Below are positions 58,698 to 64,000 of a stretch of 64,000 bases of DNA, one piece after another. The DNA lies in contig CABQHT010000003.1 in the NCBI GenBank assembly GCA_902464035.1, positions 236 through 64,235 of the forward strand, given 5' to 3'. The notes under the pieces are model-generated. The model did no database searches, was not told the origin of the DNA, and saw only the letters and a list, made by a program, of their open reading frames with translations. Both the position numbers and the translations under genes were made by a program. Source of the stretch: an uncultured Collinsella sp. (GTDB lineage Bacteria > Actinomycetota > Coriobacteriia > Coriobacteriales > Coriobacteriaceae). Position 1 is the first letter of the stretch, and each line of letters starts with the position of its first letter.

Positions 58698-59660
58698 TCA
58701 GGCAGTCGGGTACCATACATCGATCATACCTTTGAAAAAGCTAAAAGAAGATTTTACAGGGTCATTTTTATCGTAATACTGAGCATTGCGATACATACGG
58801 TCAATAGACTGGTGAAGTAGAACGCCCTTTGCCGCAACAACGCCAGGAGATGCAATCAGATGATGCAAGTAAAGAGTCGTCGAAATTTGCTGAATCCTGC
58901 CATTGCTCAACTTCGTTGAAAGGGTGATATCCGAATAACCGACAGCACGTAAGGCGTTTTTAACATTTCGACTGATCTCATGAGAAGGATTTCCTCCTTT
59001 AAGGTCATCGATAATACAATTATTATGTCCGCAGGCATTACGAAGTGCTTTGACGCTTTGAAGTTGATAGTACCGAGTTTTAAGCTTTTTATCTTGATCT
59101 TTATTCGCAATAAATAAAAGAAATTGGTTAAAGGTGCCAAAAGGAATAAGCTCAACAAAAGCCCAGACCGGATAACGATAATCAGGGTAATCGGCAATTA
59201 TTTGGTTTGTGTAACACCCATTTGCGCCTCGGTTGATTTCCGATTTAACCGAATTTGCTATTTGCCCATTTTTCAACTTTCGATCTTTAGAGGAGATGTA
59301 TTTCTCGACAACTGAATGCCCGTCTTCTGAATGGGCTTCCAAATACCTCAGCAATTGAATTTTGGAATAGTGCTCGACATCAATTGCGATCGAAAGGAGC
59401 ACTTGCCGAAATTCATAGTCGATGATTGCAAGATCGCAAAGCATTCCAAAGTCCAAGTTGATGAAGAGGCCGTCGTTCGGACCGCCCACATACTTTGGAA
59501 AACCTTTTCGAAATAGATTAATACGAAAGAAATTATTATTCGCCTCAAGATACCGTTCAGCATTATCCTTCGAAGTGAGCTCGAATTTAATGCCCTCCGA
59601 TTCAAGATGCTGAACTTGCTGAGCAGGAGTCAGCCATGGCTTGGGTCGAAATTCATCCAT
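58698..59660 (-). CDS. Abi family (AbiD/AbiF, Abi_2) HEPN protein
   Basis: KPWLTPAQQVQHL, YLEANNNFFR, DYEFR...IDVEHYSK, PVWAFVELIPFG, and LRNACGHNN (RX4H). Confidence 0.9.
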   Translation of the reverse strand: MDEFRPKPWLTPAQQVQHLESEGIKFELTSKDNAERYLEANNNFFRINLFRKGFPKYVGGPNDGLFINLDFGMLCDLAIIDYEFRQVLLSIAIDVEHYSKIQLLRYLEAHSEDGHSVVEKYISSKDRKLKNGQIANSVKSEINRGANGCYTNQIIADYPDYRYPVWAFVELIPFGTFNQFLLFIANKDQDKKLKTRYYQLQSVKALRNACGHNNCIIDDLKGGNPSHEISRNVKNALRAVGYSDITLSTKLSNGRIQQISTTLYLHHLIASPGVVAAKGVLLHQSIDRMYRNAQYYDKNDPVKSSFSFFKGMIDVWYPTA

Positions 59661-59809
59661 GCAGCCTCCCGCATGTCTACGAATTATTTAACAGCCGAAT
59701 CATTGTACAACTTAATGATCTTGTAACTTCTATGCACTGCATGGTCCACGGCTTGCCGGGAGCACCGAGCAAAACACATCTCCCCCACTCTTTCAGCCAG
59801 GAACCGAAC

Positions 59810-60622
59810 TCATCTAGGCCAAGAAATCCTAATTCGATTAATTGTATTGTTAACCGTTGATTGCAGAACATTATCTTGCTCGTCAAAAGTCATTGGAAAA
59901 TACTGAAGGTAACGGTTACCAAGTATGTCCGAGTAGGCAATAAGGATGCGATAACCAGCTTCCATCATCGGCTTTGTTTTGCCCTCAAAATAGATGACCA
60001 ACTCACTCTCCCCACCCACCGGAAGCTGCCGAGTTTTACCCCAATCAATCTGGGGGCTCCCAGAATGCAGCAAGTCATTTCTTCTAGCAATTCCAACCCT
60101 AACGTTAACCGCAGGTCCAGCCCCTATACTGGACACTACATAGCGATTGGCGGCATGTTTGGGCTCAGGATTAGCACCACAAGGGACAGCCGGATCGCCG
60201 TTACTAATTGAAAGGCGGTCTACGCAGTCCAAAACGCCGGATTTATATTCGTCGTCTTTGGGATCGTCTTCGGTAAATATGCTGTGAACAAGACTATTCT
60301 TCGTCAACCGAAAAGGCTTAGCAGACAAACGGGTCAGGGCAATACACGGAAGAATGCTCATCACGTCAGAATGTCTCCGGTCTTCCCTCCCAGCCCGCAG
60401 CGAGAAATACAGTACCGCAATGGCCGAAATTGAACCGACCAACGCGCCGAGCTATCCAAGTAGGCCGTTGGCATCCCATACGGGACACAGCCATTCAACT
60501 GGAGCGTCAATTGAAAATGTAAACTGGATGACTATCAGCAAAAATACAGACAGGACCGCAACACAAGCGATAAACGCTTTTATTAAATCAAATACAGAAG
60601 GCTTCCTCTTGCCCCAGCGCAT
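59810..60622 (-). pseudogene. Two-TM membrane protein interrupted by an in-frame TAG at 60452-60454
   Basis: SD GAAAGGAG with ATG 60622 gives MRWGKRKPSVFDLIKAFIACVAVLSVFLL...NGLLG*LGALVGSISAIAVLYFS, in frame with ORF 59810-60442. Confidence 0.75.
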
Positions 60623-60762
60623 CCCAACCAAACTCCTTTCATAAAACAGGGTTATAGATAGTTATTAATCCGTAATCAATGACCGCATAGCTCCAGCATC
60701 GAAAATTATTATTGATGCCCTCTTTAAGCTCATATTTATCTTATGAGCTTCGAATCTATGCC

Positions 60763-62211
60763 CTAAGAAAGAAAATCAGCTCTAAATCGACCCTCAGAAT
60801 ATTGAAAAGCCACCTTCGCTGGGAAAAAAGAATCAAAGAGAGCGGCATAGGAAAGCACGTCCTCAACCCAATTCACTAGACTAGCGGGCAGCAGGCGGGC
60901 AGTTTCATGCCCGTTGTCAGAAATTAGAGCCATAGGGGCCCCGTCCTTGGCAAACATAACCTTTAGCACCGTATAAATTCTTGGCTGATCAGTGATTCTA
61001 AGGCGAGGGCGAAACAGATTGCTGGGATCGCTCGAATGGCTCACCCATAAAGGATCATCATCCATTACGCGGAAGTGCTCCGAAAGACTCACGCAACATG
61101 AGGTGTTGAAATATTCCGAGATATTCTCGCCCACCTCACGAAGCTGAGAAGCATTTTCAAAACTGTTGAGGTAGTTAAGAAGCGAAAGCAAAACCACAAG
61201 GTCATCTGAGTAGCCGCTAGCATAAAACTTGTACCAGCATTGATCATACTGGATCAGTACTCGTCGTAACTTTTTATACAACGCGAGCCGTTCGTCATTT
61301 AGCTTGAACCACTCTATATCAAAGAGCTTCTTTTTGAGCTCATCTTCTTGCGATTGATAGGTTTGCTCATCACGGATGGCTTTCATAAGCTTTGCCACAA
61401 TCCCAACAAGCATATCGGACATTCTAATGCCGAAACACCCTGTCGAGTCAGCTTGACGCACCCCGCTAAAACCCAACTGCTCTGCAGCGATCCTGGTTTT
61501 CTCTTCACGATCAATTACAAGCGAGTAGCTATCGACTTCATTATGCTCACTCAGATATAGCGCGAATCCAGACAGAGCGGAATGATATTCCCACTCATAA
61601 TTCTCCAGCGGATCCGCGCATTCAATGACATTCAAAAGCAGCTGACACTGATCAATTTCAGTATGCTTAAGCTCGAGATTCGTTTTGTCTAGCTCAATTC
61701 TTTTTCGAAGAAAATCCCGTAGCGCAGTCAGCAAATCATCGGGAGATCGGTATAACGACTCAACCACTTCAATAGGCCTATATTGAACTAGTAGCTTTGC
61801 AAGAGAGTACTTTAGCGAATCGGCATTAAACCAAGGGTTATTTTGATATTGGCTGAATAACTTATCGATTAGCCATTCAGCCTTGCTTGAAAAGGCGCAA
61901 TAAACATATATGTCTTCATCAAACAAGTCGAGGAAATCGCTTATCAGGCGTGCATTGTTCGAGGATAAAGATTTAAAACCGTATTTAAAGTGACTCTTTT
62001 TAAGAACGGTACTCTTTAACTCTTTAGCGTTTGGAGAGAGGTACTTATTTTCAAACTCAGAGTATTTGACTGCTAGATCTTGCTCCCGGTGAACGTTCCA
62101 TCCAACTATTGCAACTACAAATCCATCGTAAAATTCATCGGCAGTGATCGTCCTGAGATTTAAAAGGCGACTATGCTGACTTTCGTCATAGTAAAAAGCG
62201 TAATTAGGCAT
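60763..62211 (-). CDS. DUF3800-like (RNase H-fold-like) protein
   Basis: N-terminal FYYDES, KELKS, VIDREE, ADS...GIRMSDMLVG motifs; low GC. Confidence 0.7.
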   Translation of the reverse strand: MPNYAFYYDESQHSRLLNLRTITADEFYDGFVVAIVGWNVHREQDLAVKYSEFENKYLSPNAKELKSTVLKKSHFKYGFKSLSSNNARLISDFLDLFDEDIYVYCAFSSKAEWLIDKLFSQYQNNPWFNADSLKYSLAKLLVQYRPIEVVESLYRSPDDLLTALRDFLRKRIELDKTNLELKHTEIDQCQLLLNVIECADPLENYEWEYHSALSGFALYLSEHNEVDSYSLVIDREEKTRIAAEQLGFSGVRQADSTGCFGIRMSDMLVGIVAKLMKAIRDEQTYQSQEDELKKKLFDIEWFKLNDERLALYKKLRRVLIQYDQCWYKFYASGYSDDLVVLLSLLNYLNSFENASQLREVGENISEYFNTSCCVSLSEHFRVMDDDPLWVSHSSDPSNLFRPRLRITDQPRIYTVLKVMFAKDGAPMALISDNGHETARLLPASLVNWVEDVLSYAALFDSFFPAKVAFQYSEGRFRADFLS

Positions 62212-62262
62212 CTCTGACCAATCTCCGATTCGCGAATGATCATCACAATAGAAACGAATTGC

Positions 62263-62620
62263 CTACATCTTCCCAGTATCGGCAAGGCGCCAAAACTACT
62301 TGCCCAGGGCCGTCAGCTCGCAAGCCCTGGACTCCATGGCAGCAAAGTACATATGCTGAACGCCTTAAGCAATAGTACTCCCTAACACTTTTGAAGAAGA
62401 CATCTGTCTAGTTGATTTCGTCAAACGGTATCGAAAAAGTCGAGCTGCCCAACGCGCTGAGCATTTGCACGCCCGAGCACGACCGAATATCGCGAGCTGG
62501 CACCTACGGTATTACAATTGGCCACTGAGGCCGACGTGGATCCCGGTGTCCTTTCATTGCTAGCAAGCCACACCGAAACGCTGCCGCATGTTGACCCCGT
62601 CCATATAAACCCCGGCGCCG
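62263..62620 (-). pseudogene. Degraded C-terminal remnant of a caspase-like (C14) protein
   Basis: Manual translation HMYFAAMESRACELTALGK*FWRLADTGKM* with stops and frameshifts; TPGS segment upstream. Confidence 0.55.
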
Positions 62621-62624
62621 AGCC

Positions 62625-62831
62625 AAGGGCGCCAGAAACAGCAGCGCGTAGGCCGCCTCCTCGGGCATCCCCTCGACGTCCTCCCAGGAGATGCCCCGCC
62701 CCCCTCGCGGCCTCCAGCACGTCTTGGACGCTGTGCTTCGAGACGTGGGCGGTACGGGCGATCGCGTTCTGCGACAGCCCGTTCACCGACCTCAGCCTCA
62801 GGACCTCCCTGGCCCTGATCCTTCTCGCCAT
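62625..62831 (-). mobile_element. IS21-family transposase (IstA) N-terminal fragment, frameshifted and truncated
   Basis: MARRIRAREVLRLRSVNGLSQNAIARTAHVSKHSVQDVL, then GISWEDVEGMPEEAAYALLF in another frame. Confidence 0.75.
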
Positions 62832-63124
62832 GTGGAACCTCCTCGTTCTCTGGACTGCATGGCAGCCCGAGCGTAACGGGGATGCGCGGGAGGACGTTTA
62901 ATGGCGGTGCCAAATGGCAATAATTGTCCGGGTGGGCGGTGATGCTGATTCACAATATAGGTGGTGTCGAAAGGGCCTAGGGCTCGCCCCTCCCCAACAT
63001 CCCCCCAGAAAGTTCGCTGATGTTGACTGGGGTTCCCGTAAAATAAACCGCAACAAAATATGTGCGGAGTGCTGGCCTGGAGCTGCCTTCGGACCCTATT
63101 GGCTGCTTACCGAGAGGCTCCGCT

Positions 63125-64000
63125 ATGAAACGACCCCTTTACTACCTGCTCTGCGCGATCGCGTGCTCGTCCATGCTCAGCGCAACGATGCCCATGGCAG
63201 CCATTGCGGAAGCCATCCAGCCTCAGGCAACCGTAGAGCAGCAGGCGCAGGCCGGCACCGCAACCAGCGACGCGGGCGAGGCCGAGAGCGACGCCAACAC
63301 AAGCGCGCCCGTGGCAAACGCAACGACCAACAACACCGCCACACCCAGCAGCACCACCGCAACCGCCACACCCAGCAGCACCACCGCAACCGCCACGCCC
63401 GGCACCACCGCCGCAACCGGCACCCCCGCCCCATCCCTCCGAGCCCAAACCAACGGCACTCCCGAAGCGATCTCCGCCACGGCACAAACCACCTACGCAC
63501 ACTCCGCCACGGCAACCCAAAACGGCGTCACCTTCACCGTCTCGTGGAACGACGCCCCCGCGGGCACCGCGACGACCTTCCACGTAACCCAGACCAACGG
63601 CTCGTCCCAGGCCAAGGCGCGCATGGACGTGCCCACCTATTGGGACGGCGGCGGCCAGGAAAGCGTCTGCGACCCGTCGCGCCCGGCATGGGCCAGCTAC
63701 TACAGCTTGGGCGCCGCGGGCCACGACTTTACCTTCGACTTCACGGCGTCGGGCACGTACCGCATCTACTTCTACTTTATGGACAACAACAGAAACGACC
63801 CCCAAAACGACAAGGGGATCTACTACCTGCGCACCACGGCGGAGACGACCGTAAACGACGCCGCCCGCCCAAGCGTCACGCAGATCGTCAACAACGCCGT
63901 GGACCTGTGCAGGCAAGAGACAAACGGCTCGGAATACGACATGGCGCTGTGGCTCCACGACTGGACGCTCGACCAGCTGAAGTACGACCACAGCCTCAAC
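63125..64000 (+). CDS. Secreted/surface protein with transglutaminase-like domain (partial, runs off the window; absent from the ORF track)
   Basis: Signal peptide MKRPLYYLLCAIACSSMLSATMPMAAIA, Thr-rich linker, Ig-like FTASGTYRIYF, SEYDMALWLHDW...YD transglutaminase-like start; no stop. Confidence 0.8.
   Translation, partial: MKRPLYYLLCAIACSSMLSATMPMAAIAEAIQPQATVEQQAQAGTATSDAGEAESDANTSAPVANATTNNTATPSSTTATATPSSTTATATPGTTAATGTPAPSLRAQTNGTPEAISATAQTTYAHSATATQNGVTFTVSWNDAPAGTATTFHVTQTNGSSQAKARMDVPTYWDGGGQESVCDPSRPAWASYYSLGAAGHDFTFDFTASGTYRIYFYFMDNNRNDPQNDKGIYYLRTTAETTVNDAARPSVTQIVNNAVDLCRQETNGSEYDMALWLHDWTLDQLKYDHSLN
63335..63415 (+). repeat. 27-bp coding tandem repeat x3 (TATPSSTTA)
   Basis: ACCGCCACACCCAGCAGCACCACCGCA twice plus one degenerate copy. 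Confidence 0.85.

Noticed and set aside
63107..63991. 294-aa minus-strand Gly/Cys-rich ORF
   Set aside because: Shadow of the plus-strand secreted protein and its Thr repeats

Overview
High-GC Coriobacteriia chromosome segment, most likely Collinsella (inferred from gene content and protein style). 1-430 is the decayed right end of a mobile element: an IS3 transposase scrap plus a large-serine-recombinase tail with an att-like site in the 3' end of a DUF523 gene. 0.4-41 kb is core housekeeping: ftsH, cobO, MATE, TrmH, folA-thyA, ffh-ftsY-smc-rnc-acpP-plsX-rpmF, coaD-rsmD-recG-DAK2-Asp23, two tRNA-Asn, rpoD-dnaG-ribF-truB-DHH-rbfA-infB-nusA-rimP, leuS and guaB. 42-53 kb is an eight-gene, translationally coupled Gram-positive-type pel exopolysaccharide operon (pelD-E-A-F-G) extended by a Tat-lipoprotein CotH kinase, a VTC polyphosphate-polymerase-domain protein and DUF4956. 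53.3-62.9 kb is a largely lower-GC defence island with all genes on the minus strand: AbiL/RloAB-like ATPase plus Toprim pseudogene, a toxin-antitoxin-SecB chaperone (TAC) triad, an AbiF/Abi_2 HEPN gene with flanking structured RNA candidates, DUF3800, and caspase-like and IS21 remnants. The first modules are separated by same-orientation copies of an unannotated ~265-bp double-hairpin repeat, whose internal core also occurs with different arms at 40.7 kb. The window ends inside a secreted transglutaminase-like protein. Top candidates for an undescribed system are the repeat-delimited defence cassette array and the Pel-CotH-VTC-DUF4956 operon.
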